64,000 nucleotides of DNA from Eledone cirrhosa (Eukaryota), in the NCBI GenBank assembly GCA_964016885.1, contig OZ024743.1, positions 197,718,001 to 197,782,000 of the forward strand, given 5' to 3'. Shown piece by piece: positions 13,648 to 26,246 of the stretch (positions are counted from its first letter, which is position 1; each line of letters begins with the position of its first letter). Both the position numbers and the translations under genes were made by a program. Below the pieces are notes generated by a model. The model searched no databases and was not told where the DNA came from. It saw only the letters and a program-made list of their open reading frames with translations.

Positions 13648-14281
13648 CGTAAAATAAGAAAATTATAAAATTAACTTACTTACTAAAATATCACTTCCAA
13701 CTAATTAGTTTCTGGAATGGAGTAAATATATTTTCCGAAGAAGACATGGAGAAACATTCCGTCGTCAGGGAAGACTATTCTCATCTAAGTATCCAGGCAA
13801 AGCGTGGACTCTGGAAACTTATTAAAAAATAATTCAGTGGATAGGAAATAGCAAAGCGTGGACTGAATTCCTAGCCATTGAGAAAATCACTGCCTCTGCG
13901 TCTGTGGCAAATTCAAAAAGAATCAATCACGTGACATCGAGGTCAATCAGTGGAAAGTGGTTTGCTAATAAGACAGCGGCCTGCCTGCTACCATAGCAGC
14001 AGTCATGGCCAATATTGCTGGACAAATAATTTGGAGATAATTATAAAGAATTAATATCTAGTAACATATATATACATACAGATGCATATCAATGCTAGCA
14101 AATATATGGGTTTTGTCTTAGTAACATTGTGGTTCAATGCATGGGGTTGCAGAACAATAATATGAGAGACGTAAAATAAGAAAATTATAAAATTGAATCA
14201 CAATGTTACTAAGATAAAACCCATATATTTGCTAGCATTGATATGCATCTGTATGTATATATATGTTACTAGATATTAATT

Positions 14282-14288
<7 letters not shown>
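13640..14288 (-). mobile_element. (TA)n-flanked element, family F, with terminal direct repeat plus inversion
   Basis: TGAGAGACGTAAAATAAGAAAATTATAAAATT at 13641 and 14163; 14040-14135 inverted at 14196-14287. Confidence 0.85.
13694..13773 (-). ncRNA. Hammerhead ribozyme, family F (CTAATTAG loop)
   Basis: Minus strand CTTCC-CTGACGA-cGGAATG-(long loop)-CATTCCa-GAAA-CTAATTAG-TT-GGAAG. Confidence 0.85.
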
Positions 14289-14314
<26 letters not shown>

Positions 14315-14321
<7 letters not shown>

Positions 14322-14498
14322 AATGTCTTCTACAGGACTAGAACTGTTTCATTCGAAGGAAATCATCAAAGCTTTCCTGCTGATTTCCTTTGAATGAAAC
14401 AGTTCTAGTCCTGTAGAAGCCATTTCTATATTAAATACTTATCCTCCGCTATGTATTGACTACCTTACTTACTGTTGTAACCCCCGATTGAACCCGGG

Positions 14499-14500
<2 letters not shown>
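14315..14500. mobile_element. (TA)n-flanked fold-back element, family J
   Basis: Arms 14315-14368 / 14377-14432 with HHR-like CTG(A/C)TGA-TTTC..GAAT-GAAA-CAGTTC-TA. Confidence 0.85.
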
Positions 14501-14541
<41 letters not shown>

Positions 14542-15112
14542 AAATGTGCCGTCTACAGAACTAGAACTGTTTCATTCGTATGAAATCATCACCAATGTTA
14601 GATAAAGTTGGTCAAGTACGCTATATATAGATTTATTCGGAAAACTATTCTCTTTATACCTTCTCTACCCTCTCAACCATATATGGTGAACATCAAAACC
14701 TTCACCCATACCAATGGTCAAAGAATAATTGTTCCACATCACAGCACACAGATTGATAATGTGAAACACTTTCTCCCCATTCCTCTCCTCTCTACTATCA
14801 CACTAACTGACTGCATTTCATTCTATTTTTAACTTATTTACATTTTCTTAAACGAAAGTCCCATTGCTGAATTCTTACCGCGTAGCGAACAGTTGGTTTC
14901 ACTATTATGGGATTTCTGATGGATTGTGATACATAATTAAGTATTGCATATGATTGAACAATATATATTGCAGTCAGCATATGTAGGCAATTATAAAAGA
15001 CACAGAAACATATGTTAAATCAAATAAATTCCTATACTCCTTTACGCCGACGTTTATATTTTTCTTGGTGCAATACTTGCTTATATTGATATACTCTGTG
15101 ACCTCTTCTGGA

Positions 15113-15158
<46 letters not shown>

Positions 15159-15529
15159 GTATATATACATGTATGTGTGAGTTGTGTGTGCATGTGTGAG
15201 TTTGCATCTTAGTGTCGAATTAATATAAAGTCATTAAAGATCAATGTGGTGGTCTTTGAAATGTGTATATAAACTTAAATAGGAGGGATATAAGAAAATA
15301 AGAATAAGTTTAAGAAGCGTTGTTCTACATTATAAAAAGACAGTTTTACGTGTTTTATGAGTGGTAATGGAAGAAGATTATATGTTAGCCATTGAATATA
15401 TTATAAATCCTTTACATCTTTTAGGAAAAGGATTCACCAATGATATCACTACATATCTAAATCAGACAACAGCTTGTGAATGACTCGGGGACGAAAGATG
15501 CAAGATTGTATTACAGACACGATTTTCCT

Positions 15530-15921
15530 GTCAATGTTGTTGTTATAGTTGTTGTTGTTCCTCTTGTTGTTAATATTGTTGTGAATTATGTTGCTCCTGT
15601 CGTTGTTACAGCTTGTTGTAGTTGTAGTAGTAGTTATTGTTGTTGTTAAAGTTGTTACTGCTCGTCGATTTTTTTGATAATTGTTTCTACTTTAGGCACA
15701 AGGCCAGCAATTATCCAGTTCATTACTGGTACTTTATTTTATCGACCCCGTAAGGATGAAAGGCAAAGTCAACCTCGAATGATTGTTGATGTTGTCAGTT
15801 TTGTTGTAAATACTTGTTCTTCTTGATAATGTTGTTGTTGATAATATTTGTTGATGTTGTTATTATTGTTGTTAAGGCTGTTGTCAGTCGTGTTGTTGTT
15901 GTTGTTGTTGCTGTTGTTGTT

Positions 15922-15953
<32 letters not shown>

Positions 15954-16150
15954 GCTGTTGTTGTTTTGTTGTTGTTGTTGTTGTTGTTGATAATACTTGT
16001 TGATGTTGTTATAATTGTTGTTAATTATGTTGTCAATCTTGTTGTTGTTGCTGTTCTTAATGGTGTTTTTGTTGTTGATAATACTTGTTTATGTTGTTAT
16101 TATTGTTGTTAATATTGTTTCTATATTTTATTTTATTATTATTATTATTA
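15530..16150. repeat. Degenerate (GTT)n/(ATT)n low-complexity tract with a SINE fragment (15680-15778, minus)
   Basis: Directly visible. Confidence 0.85.
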
Positions 16151-16318
16151 AGGTCGGACGCCATGCTTTGACGCATAGAGTTACGGCCTTTGCCATTCTG
16201 AGATCAAATCCCGCCGAGGTTAACTTTGCCTTTCATCCTTACGGGGTCGATAAAATAAAGTACCAGTAATGTACTGGGTAATTGGTGGCCTTGTGCCAAT
16301 ATTAGAAACAATTATTAT
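16150..16318 (+). mobile_element. tRNA-derived SINE, 5'-truncated
   Basis: Same family as 16329-16521. Confidence 0.88.
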
Positions 16319-16328
16319 GTCCTGTATA

Positions 16329-16521
16329 GGGGTGGTGGATTGGCAGTATCGGTAGAGAGTCAGACGCCATGCTTTGCAGCATAGTTACGTCCCTTTACGA
16401 TCTGAGTTCAAATCCCGCCGAGGTTAACTTTGCCTTTCATCCTTACGGCGTCGATAAAATAAAGTACCAGTAATGTACTGGGTAATCGCTGGCCTTGTGC
16501 CAAAAGTAGAAACAATTATTA
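16329..16521 (+). mobile_element. tRNA-derived SINE, full length (Meta-domain-like)
   Basis: A-box TGGCAGTATCGG, B-box GAGTTCAAATCC, core AACTTTGCCTTTCATCCTTACGG.GTCGATAAAATAAAGTACCAG, tail AGAAACAATTATT; more than 12 relatives in the window. Confidence 0.9.
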
Positions 16522-16522
16522 T

Positions 16523-16587
16523 GCTCTGTACCGTCCTGTGCCGTCTCTAATGTTTTTCTTGATGTCAGCCCTTGTGGCAATAAAGAA

Positions 16588-16588
<1 letters not shown>
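16523..16588 (+). mobile_element. Tx1-like LINE extreme 3'-end fragment with (ATT)n tail
   Basis: GTACCGTCCTGTGCCGTCTCTAATGTTTTTCTTGATGTCAGCCCTTGTGGCAATAAAGAAAT matches the 3' UTR at 17731-17794. Confidence 0.9.
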
Positions 16589-16621
<33 letters not shown>

Positions 16622-16622
<1 letters not shown>

Positions 16623-17794
16623 GTTGTGTGGAGGACTGGGCATGCCATGGCTGATGATGCGCAAACATGCGCTGAGGCTGCGACATCTCTGGTGCTTCCT
16701 TGACGGTGAACAGGTGTGGTCGCCGTTCGCCAGTCACGTTTTCTCACAGCTCATCTCCTTGACGGAGCTGCAGTCCTGAGTCAGAAAAAGATAGCGCTTG
16801 GAAACTGGAATGTCTCCAGGCGCTCATTGCCCTCTGCCAGCTGGGCACCAGTATCGGTGGAACATCCACCTCGGCGTTCTATAGAGGATTAGTGGAGGGG
16901 AAGAGCGACGACGTTCTCGGAGAGATCCTGGGCGTCGAAGAAGATCAGCTGCTTGCTCTCTTCCGGAGAACTTTCAGCCCGGGGCCCATGGATAACTTCC
17001 AAAAATCCCTGGCCTGGCAGTGCTACCGGGGAGTGCTGCCGGTTCGAAATAAGTTCTACAGGCACGGAACTGCCGTCAGCCGAGCCTGTCCGAGATGCGC
17101 GCATAGCGACGAAACCGTTGTGCACGCACTCGTTCAGTACCCGAGCATTGCTGACTTGTGGAGCTATGTCGAACAGTTGCTGTCACGTGTGGGACTGATC
17201 CGGTTGTCGACTGAGTCCATTGTGCAGATGGTCTCGCCGTCTTCCTTTGAGGAGGAAGGGCAGGCGGTTTTCATCTGCCTGGTGGCCATGGCGAAAGAGA
17301 TTGTGTGGTGGACAAGGTTAAAAGGATTAAAGACAAACACTTTCCTCTTCGGCGAATCCCTGATTAACTTTTTCAAGTTTCACTTGAAGAGGAAAATCAC
17401 GGTGGAGAGGCAAGTGCTGCTTTCTAGCAAGTTTGTTGAAAGGTGGGTGAATGTAGCGAGAATGGTCCGAGTGAACGGGACCACTCTGAATATACGTCTG
17501 TAGTTTGAGAGATGGAAAAATTGAGAGAGGGCGTTTGCCCTGGTAGTCAGGGTGGCCGTGGTCTTTTGTGTGGTTTTCGCCACGAGTAACCCTCGGAGGT
17601 TTCCCCCCTGTTGGGGAATTTTTCATTGTTTCAATTTGAATTTTATTGTTTATATATATATATATGTTTTATGTCTTTTTTCTTTTCTTATATAAATAAT
17701 AAAAATATTTACACGCACAAAACCCACATCGTACCATCCTGTTCCGTCTGTGATGTTTTTCTTGATGTCAGCCCTTGTGGACAATAAAGAAATC
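16622..17794 (+). mobile_element. 5'-truncated Tx1-like LINE (ORF2 C-terminus + 3' UTR)
   Basis: Translation matches the ORF2 C-terminus, including CPRCAHSDETVVHAL (zf-RVT-like); in-frame stops; AATAAA then (ATT)n. Confidence 0.93.
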
Positions 17795-18036
17795 ATTATT
17801 ATTATTATTATTATTATTATTGAATGCTATGGTTGACGGAGGCTCGGCTCTGTAAGGTATTGTAAATTTTGACCGCTATAACAATTGTAAATTGTTTAAA
17901 ACTTTAACCAACTTGTAGACAAAAACACCCTCCTCCTCGTGAGAGGGGTCTTTCTGCCCGTTATTTGGTCCTTCGGGGTTAAATAACCGCTTATTGGGGT
18001 TTTGTGCCCAATATTTATTTTAAACAAAAAAACAAC

Positions 18037-18416
18037 ATGGCTACGAAAAAGAATTTTCATAGGTCACTCCCACTCATTCCGTCTTCTTCTTCCTCAATCG
18101 TCACTACAGCAGAGAGAAGATTGTCTCTATCCCTCCCTCCTCTAAATGTGTCTCTCTCCCTCCCTTCTCTTTCGCAAGCGACGCCAGAAAAGAAAAATCA
18201 CGCGCAAAGCGTGCAAGATTTCTCCACGACGACGACGACAACGACGAAAAAGGTGTGCGGGAAATACGAAAACCCATTTCATTCGTCTGACGTCAGGAAT
18301 AATAGCAGTAGCAGCCGTAATAACAGCAGCAACAGCAGCAACAGTGACAGGGAAAACAACAGTAGCAGCCGCAACAGCATCAGCAGCAGCATAAACAACA
18401 ACTGCATCAGCAGCAA

Positions 18417-18448
<32 letters not shown>

Positions 18449-19912
18449 ACAACAACCACAGCAACAGCGGCGGCGTCAGTAGTCATAGTACCTGCAGCAA
18501 CAACAAAAGTAACAGCAGCTCTGACGACAACAACAACAACAACAACAGCAGCAAAGAAAAACCCATCTCGTTTGCAGGTATCGCAAAGAACCTGGAAACC
18601 ATCCTCATAACAAATGAGGAATTAGAGGAAGCGAAGAAGATGGTGACGAAAACCGGACACCGAGCAATCTGCAAGGCAGCCGAAACATTTTTCGAAACCC
18701 AACAGCACTGTACGGTCACGTACCGTACAGTAAGCACAAAATCCCGTAGGGTTGAAAGAGCCACAGAGGCTCAAATACAAAAAGCCTTAGGGTCTGTGTG
18801 GCAGCGGAAAACGCACATCACCCGAGGCAAGAAATATGCCACCGTAGACGTGCTTTTTGCCACACCCCAGGAGGCAAAGACTCAATCCTTAGTGACCCCA
18901 AGGAGCTAGGAAATGGTGTTGGTGCCCTCCTACTGCGGGCAAAAAATTGTGAGGGTCAAACTGACCCCCCCCCCCCGGGTCTGTCCTCGTCGGAATCGAG
19001 GACAAAACAACTGTACTGCAAGTACAGAAAAAAGTAAGAGAAGATTGGGTTGGCACCTCCATTGAGATGTTAATCCAAACCAACCAGGAGTGCATCGAAG
19101 CTATCCCGGATGTGATAGACTTCGATAACGGCACTCAACTGCCCATAAGTGTTGAGGGAAAACGCCCGAAATGCTTTCGCTGTGGATCGAAGACTCACCT
19201 CAGGGCCTTCTGCAACGAGAAGACCCGGAGAAAGGAGAAAACCCCCCTCCTTCCGAATCCGGCTCCACGGCTACCAGCAACAGGACAAGCGGCAACCAGG
19301 AACGATAGGTCCGTGGCACCCATACCCACGCCACGGAAATCAAAAACAGAAGCAGCAGCAGTGGAAATATTAACAACAACAACAGCAATACCAAATGCAG
19401 CTGCAACAGAGACTCCAGTGCAAACATCACCAACAACAACAAGTGAAAGAGTGGAGCTGGTACCCCTCCCCGACCTCACAGAATCAGACATGGAGTGTGA
19501 GGTGGGAGAGGGATGGCAAAAGGTCGTAAGAAGGCACAAACGCAGAAGCAGCGCATCGTCGCCTTTGAAAAGGGAGGAAAGAAATGAGAAAAGGGTAAAG
19601 TCTACTGCAAAGAGACCCACAGCAGCAACACCACCAACACCATCACCACCCACACTAGCACCACCATCACCAACGGCGACAACCCCACCGCCAACAACAC
19701 CTTCAACACCACCACCACAAGCACCAACATCGCAAACACAACAACAAAACACACACACCCAGCAACAACGACAAGAAAATAGCAGAACCACACCCCACCC
19801 CAAGAAAAACAAATGCACGGCAATAAATACACACAACAAGAAACTAATGACTTACATAATTGAACACACAAGACATTTCACAACAGGACTCCATAATACC
19901 AGCACCAATTAA
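18037..19912 (+). pseudogene. LINE ORF1 (gag-like, CCHC zinc knuckle), frameshifted
   Basis: N/S-rich N-terminus, SFAGIA motif, CFRCGSKTHLRAFC (CX2CX4HX4C) at 19172-19213, P/T-rich C-terminus; frame broken near 18900-19050. Confidence 0.85.
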
Positions 19913-20190
19913 AACGCCAACTAACATAAGACTGCAAAAATAGCACAGAAACAATACACAAACATTAAAACGAAATTCCCCAACGCAGTTGGTGATTTCA
20001 GGGACCTAGGAGGAACCATCAATCGAAGAGTATATTCAGACATTCTCTTAGAAGAGCCGACGACCAGCCGAAGGGACGATTCAACGGTCCCTTCACCAGA
20101 CGATCAAGTGAAAAGGGATGTAAAAACCATCCCTCCTCTACCAAAAGTACGGTAAGTGGTCTTTCCCATCTTTTCCACTCTATTTTAAAC

Positions 20191-23100
20191 ATGACCTCAC
20201 TCAGAATAGGCAGCATAAATGCGCGTGGCTTGGGGTCGTCATGGAAGCAGGGTCACCTGCTCAACGACCTCAGGTCACTAAACATAGATGTAGTGGCCAT
20301 CAGCGAGACCAGAATCTCCGAAGCACGGGCCTTCGCACCGATCTTCGGCGGCTACGATGTGTACGCATCTCCCAGCCGTCCTGGATCGGGTGGAGGAGTT
20401 GCTGTGCTTTTTCGGAGAGGTTTGGATCTCGCCATACGGGCCATCTTCCTGGACCCAGAGGGTAAGCTGGTGGTGCTGGACGTGACCAGCGGAGACGGGC
20501 AAGTTTTCAGGCTAGTGGCCGTCTATGCCGCGACAGGAGCAGGGCGGCCTGATTTCTTAGATCTTAGATGCACGCTGGGACTGTGTGGGATTAGCGGATA
20601 GGGCTGGAGGGTGCAAGAGCCTCACCAACCTGTTCAGGCGTTTTGAACTGTCTGACAGGTACCGATTGGATTTCCCGAATGTGCCAATGTGGACTTGGAC
20701 AAATCGCATAGGGTCATCCAGATCATATCTAGATAGAGTATTTTGTAGGGAAATAGATAGGTCTAGCATAGGCTGTCCACAATTCAAGATAGTCAGCTAC
20801 ACGGACCACAAATTCGTGATCTGTGTGCTTGACTTAGATAGGCTTCATAGACGAGGACCCGGCTACTGGAAGCTAAACGCGTCCTTACCAGCGCGCAAGG
20901 CCTACAGAGACCGGATTAGCGAACTAGTTAAGCGGGCGTTGACGGGGGCCATCGTCAACAACAAGTGGTGGTTTGCTCTGAAAAGAGCGATTAGAATAGA
21001 ATGGATTAGGTTTAGTAAGGCTTTAGCAATAGAGAAAAATAGAGCAGAGGGAGAACTAGTTAGAAAATTAGACGAGGCGCTTAGCAAAGGCATTGCGACC
21101 GACGTGCTTGCGGCGAAATTGGCCCTTGACCAATTCTTCAATGCAAAGCACGAAGGCTGCGTTGTCAGAGCAAGGGTGCGTGCTCTCAGACACGAGGGGA
21201 CGAAATCCGTTCAATGGGCCTGAGTGGCGGAGGCGCGTCGTGGCAACAAAGCCACGATCCGGTCTTTGGTGGACCACGACGGGCGCATGCTACTCGATCC
21301 CGGGCAAATGTGTGAAGCTTTTCAGCGACACTTCGCTCAGCTGTTCGGGGGCAGCGGTGGTCCGGGTAGAGGGATGGACTTTAGTGTCTACCTCGACGGA
21401 CTGCCGCGGCTCTCGGCCACTGAGGCGAAGTGTTGCGAAAAGCCGATAACAGCCGCTGAAGTAAGGGAGGCAATGACTGGCTGCACAAGGGGTAAATCGC
21501 CTGGTTTGGATGGTCTGCCCTATGAACTTTACGTACAGATGCCAGACTTGTTCGGAGGCCTCTTGGTGGACGTCTACTGCAACTGGCAGCAGAACGGGAG
21601 AATTCCCAGTTCTGTGAGCCGAGGAGCGGTGGCACTGCTGAGAAAGGATCCGAACAAGGGGGATAACATAGACAATTTCCGGCCCATAACTCTGCTAAAC
21701 ACAGAGTTCAAGATTTTGGCCAAGGTGCTAGCAAAGAGGTTGGCGCTTGTCGTTGGTGGTCTGTTGGGAGAGGCGCAGACATGCGCCATTCCCGACAGAT
21801 CCATCCACGACAACCTCCACCTCATGCGATACATCATAGAGAGGGTAGCTAAGGAACCTGGCACGGGTGGGTCCTTGATCAATTTAGATCAGTCGAAAGC
21901 TTTCGATAGGGTCGACCATCGTTACCTAGCGGCAGTCCTGAGGGCGGCTGGCTTTGGGCCCGTCTTCAGAGGCTGGATCGCTGCCATGCACAGCGACATC
22001 TGCTCTGTGGTGAGAGTGAACGGTCACCTGTCGGAACCGTTCAACATCATGCGCTCGGTCCGCCAAGGATGTCCCCTCTCGTCCCTCTTGTACGTATTGA
22101 CTCTCGAGCCATTACTGCACAAACTGGAGACGTTGAGGGGAGTCCCGCGCGAACTAGGATGCGGAAGATCCGTGTCAGCATATGCGGACGATCTCACCGT
22201 AGTGGTGTCGAACGCCAAACACATCGAGGCGATCGGCACTACACTAAGTGAATACGAAGCGGTGACAGGAGCAATGATCAACCAGGAAAAGTCGGTGGGC
22301 CTGCAGCTCGGCACCTGGAGAGGCAGGTCCATGCCGTCCAACAGCGTCGTCGGGCGCTGGACGGACGGACCGGTTAAATTGCTAGGGGTCTGGTTCGGTC
22401 CGGACCTCCAGACGGACAAAAACTGGGACGAGGTGACGAGCAGGGTGGCTTCTCTCACCCAGAAATGGGCGGAGAGGAAGCTATCCCTGAAAGGTCGAGT
22501 GGAGGTGGCTAACGCGTACATCGCGTCTGTCATCTGCTACCGCCTAACCGTCGTACCTTGTCCTAAGCCTCGCCTGACTGCGCTGGAGCGTTTGCTCTTT
22601 CGCTTTTTGTTGAAGGGACGTGCTCCGATGGTCAGGCGGTCCATCTGTTGTCAACACCCGCTACGTGGAGGGCTGGGCATGCCGTGGCTGATGATGCGCA
22701 GGCACGCGCTCAGGCTACGACATCTCCACCTCTTCCTCGACGGTGATCAGGTGTGGTCGCCGTTTGCTAGACGCGTTTTTCCCCAGCTCGTTTCCTTGAC
22801 GGAGCTGCAGTCCTGGGTCAAGCGAAGACCGAGAGGGAGCGCCTGGAGACTGGAATGTCTTCAGGCGCTCACAGCCCTCGACCAATCGGGCAATGTGATC
22901 GGTGGAAACTCCACCTCGGCGTTCTATAGAGGATTAGTGGAGGGGAAGAGCGACGACGTACTTGGGGAAACTCTAGGCGTCGACGAAAATCAACTAGCCA
23001 ATCTCTTCGGAAGAACTTTCGGGCCAGGGCCTATGGACAACTTCCAGAAATCTCTGGCCTGGCAGTGCTACCGAGGAGCCTTGCCAGTTCGGGATAAACT

Positions 23101-23527
23101 CTACAGGCATGGAGGTGCCGTCAGCCGGGCATGTCCGAGATGCGCGCAGGGCGACGAAACCGTCCTGCACGCACTCGTCCAGTGTCCGAAAATTGCTGAC
23201 TTGTGGGTTTATGTCGAACACCTGCTGTCGCGTTTAGGACGGATCCGGCTATCATCTGAGTCCATCGTGAGGATTGCCCCGCCCTCCTCCTTTAGCCGGG
23301 AAGGGCAGGCAGTTTTTATCTGCCTGGTGGCCATGGTGAAAGAGATAGTATGGTGGACACGTTTGAAAGGGCTGAAGACGAGCACTTACCTCTTCGGTGA
23401 TGCTCTGATTGACTTTTTCAAATTTCATTTGAAAAGGAAAATCAGAGTAGAGAGGGAAGTGCTCTCTTCCCAGCATTTTGTTGAAAGATGGGTGAGAGAA
23501 GCAAGAATGGCCCGAGTGAATCTGTAA
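20191..23527 (+). pseudogene. LINE ORF2: APE endonuclease + reverse transcriptase + C-terminal zinc finger, disrupted
   Basis: SINARGL, ISET, YLDRVF, TDHK; KSPGLDGLP, FRPITLLN, DQSKAFDRVDH, QGCPLS, YADD; CPRC..ETVLHALVQC. A deletion at ~20557 removes the GDWN motif and there is a TGA at 21221. Confidence 0.95.
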
Positions 23528-24110
23528 ATTAAAGGTGGAAAACTGGGATAGGGCACTTGCCTTGGTGGTCAGGGTCATTTTGGCTTTTTACTGGGCTTTC
23601 TCCACAAATGTCCCTCCGAAGTCTCCCCCCTATTGGGGAATTTTTCATTGTTATTTTCATTGTTATTTTTGTTACATCCTCTGTTTTTGTTTTTTACACG
23701 CAGAAATGCCCATTTGTACCGTCCTGCATTGTCCTGCACTGTCCTTAATGTCTACTTTATGTAAACCCTTGTGGTTAATAAAGAAATCATTATTATTATT
23801 ATTATTAATATTATTATTATTATTATTATTATTATTGTGTCTTATCCAGATTAAGTTTCGAAACAGTTGAAGCGAAAATAATTTCAGACATGTTCTGAGA
23901 TATCAAGAAATAATGGTAAGGAATGGCACCTATTCTTGGAGAACTTTCTGTTATTGTTTGCTTATCAGCATCTTTGTCAGCCAGTAAACACAGCCCTATC
24001 GTTCCAATCTACATCAGTGACTTTACTAATATGTTTACTGCTAGTTACTAAAACAGGATGTGTCTAGCTCCATGAGAAACATATTGGCAAAGAATACGAA
24101 GACTTTGAAG

Positions 24111-24254
24111 ATGGTGGTGATGATGGTGGTGATGATGGTGGTGGTGGTGGTGGTGGTGATGATGATGTTGATGATGATTTTGATGATGGTGGTGGCAATG
24201 ATGATGATGATGATAATGATAGTGTTGATGATGTCGATGTTGATGATGACGATA

Positions 24255-24290
<36 letters not shown>

Positions 24291-25022
24291 GTGATGGTGA
24301 TGATGATGATGATGATGTGGTGGTGATGATGATGGTGCTGGTGGTGGTGGTGGTGATGATTGTGGTGATGATGGTGGTGGTGGCGGTGGTGATGATGATG
24401 TTGATGATGGTTTTCATGATGGTGGTGGTAATGATGATGATGATGATAATGATAGTGTTGATGATGACGACGATAATGATGATGATGATGATGATGGTGA
24501 TGGTGATGATGATGATGATGTGGTGGTGATGATGATGGTGGTGGTGTTGGTGATGATGATGATGATAGTGGTGATGATGTTGATGATGACTGTTGGGGGT
24601 GGGAGTGGGAGTAGTGAAGATCATTGTGATCGACATGATGACGGTATCGTTGCAATTGATATCAGCGGTGGTGGTGGTGGTGGTGGTGGTGGTGGTAGTG
24701 GTGGTGGTGGTGGTGGTGTGGTGGTAGTGGTGGTGGAGATGGTGGTGGTGGTGGTGGTGGTGGTGGTGGTGGTGGTGTGGTGGTAGTGGTGGTGGAGATG
24801 GTGGTGGTGGTGGTGGTGGTGGTGGTAGTGGTGGTGGTGGTGGTGGTGGTGGTAGTGGTGATGGTGCTAATGGTGGTGGTGGTGGTGGTATTGGTGGTGG
24901 TGGTGCTTGTGGTGGTGGTGGTGGTGGTAGTGGTGGTGGTTGTGGTAGTGGTGGTGTCAGTGGTGGTGGTAATGGTGGTGGTGGTGGTGGTGGTGGTTTT
25001 GGTACTGGTGGTGGTGATAGTG
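24111..25022. repeat. Compound (GAT)n/(GGT)n trinucleotide tract with a ~203 bp higher-order duplication
   Basis: GATAATGATAGTGTTGATGATG and ATGATGTGGTGGTGATG recur (24317 and 24520). Confidence 0.92.
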
Positions 25023-25077
25023 ACGGCAGTGATAAACAGTACAAAAACAGTTTGTATGTATGTATGTATATATATAT

Positions 25078-25435
25078 TGGATACCATCAGGGTTGCAGGT
25101 GTTATATCAGAGTTTTCCTTCTCCTAGAATTCTGCCTTGACAATATCATCTTGGTTAAGAGAGTGGGACTGGCTTTGTGCAGTGCCTTTGCTCACTATAA
25201 AAGCTTCACGGCACATGCATTGCTCTATATCTGGAGATCTCTTTGCACTTGTCGTCACATGGTACCATGGGCCCAGCACTATGTGTCAATAATTGTCACA
25301 AGTTTAGTCTTTCTACCAGAGTTTTCAAGTCGCTGGCTGGACTAAAAAGTCACACTCGGTCAGCGCAACGGTAGGGGTTCTCCTACATGGATATAAAGTA
25401 GTGGCCGTACTCGAAAACGAGTTGGCAGCCACCAT
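25078..25435 (+). mobile_element. ~600 bp retroposon, copy 2, 5'-truncated with 5' inversion
   Basis: 25078-25143 is the reverse complement of ~1305-1372; the rest is collinear with 1400-1694. Confidence 0.88.
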
Positions 25436-25440
25436 GTATG

Positions 25441-25511
<71 letters not shown>

Positions 25512-26114
25512 GTGTATGTATGTTTGTATGTATGCATGTATGTATGCATGTATATATGTAATTTCTGTGTATGTTTGTGTGTATGTGTGCAAGTATTATT
25601 CGTCCTTTCGTTTTGTACGATAACACGTGTCTGGTCTGTGTCAAAATACCAGATGGTAGAAGTAGAAACCACATAGCAGGGACGGTTGGTCACGCTCCAG
25701 CTTTTGCACGGCTGAGATAAAGGCTGATAACTGTTGGTTATTTAAGGGAGATTTTGACAAACAGACAAGCCGTAAACACAAAAATGGTAATATGCAATCA
25801 GAACGTGAGACAACTAGGTCGAATCAAAGTAGAGCTTCTACATGGTCATTTGACCCGCTAAAAATAGTAACCAAATTTCACCCAACACACACACCCAGGA
25901 GAACTTGACAATCACATCAGTCATAATCAGAACGGGAAATATCTATGTCAATCTAGACTAAGACAGACCCTCTGAGTAGGTTCAGAAGACTAAAACAATC
26001 AATGTTTTACAGTAAAAGTTAAGAATTGTGAGAAAACATTCCTCAATGTCCATGTAATAAGTGATTAATTTCTACATTAGGGCCATAGCTAATCAGGTTC
26101 AGTGGAATGATACG

Positions 26115-26246
26115 TGATGGGGTCCCCCACAGCCCGGCGGACAGAATGGAGAAGGCGTTTCCCCGGAGGACGGCAAGGGAGACGCTCTGGAAAAGCCACT
26201 CCAACTCGCGGGATCACACCTGCGGCTGGCCAGCTCAGCGCCTGTC
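26115..26246 (+). repeat. GC-rich interspersed repeat fragment
   Basis: CCCGGCGGACAGAATGG.GAAGGCGTTTCCCCGGAG..GGGAGACGC.CTGGAAAA..TCCAACTCG is also on the minus strand at ~43360-43480. Confidence 0.8.

Larger units (their letters stand above)
17822..23788 (+). mobile_element. Near full-length Tx1/L1-clade non-LTR retrotransposon
   Basis: 5' UTR, ORF1 with CCHC knuckle, ORF2 APE-RT-zinc finger, 3' UTR with AATAAA, (ATT)n on both flanks. Confidence 0.95.

Noticed and set aside
16329-16521. tRNA genes (also 32493, 51205, 53311)
   Set aside because: A/B boxes are present but there is no cloverleaf, and they continue into repeated SINE bodies
21224-23527. 767-aa ORF as an intact stand-alone RT gene
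   Set aside because: It is the distal part of ORF2 after a premature TGA; the upstream APE domain has a deletion and frameshift
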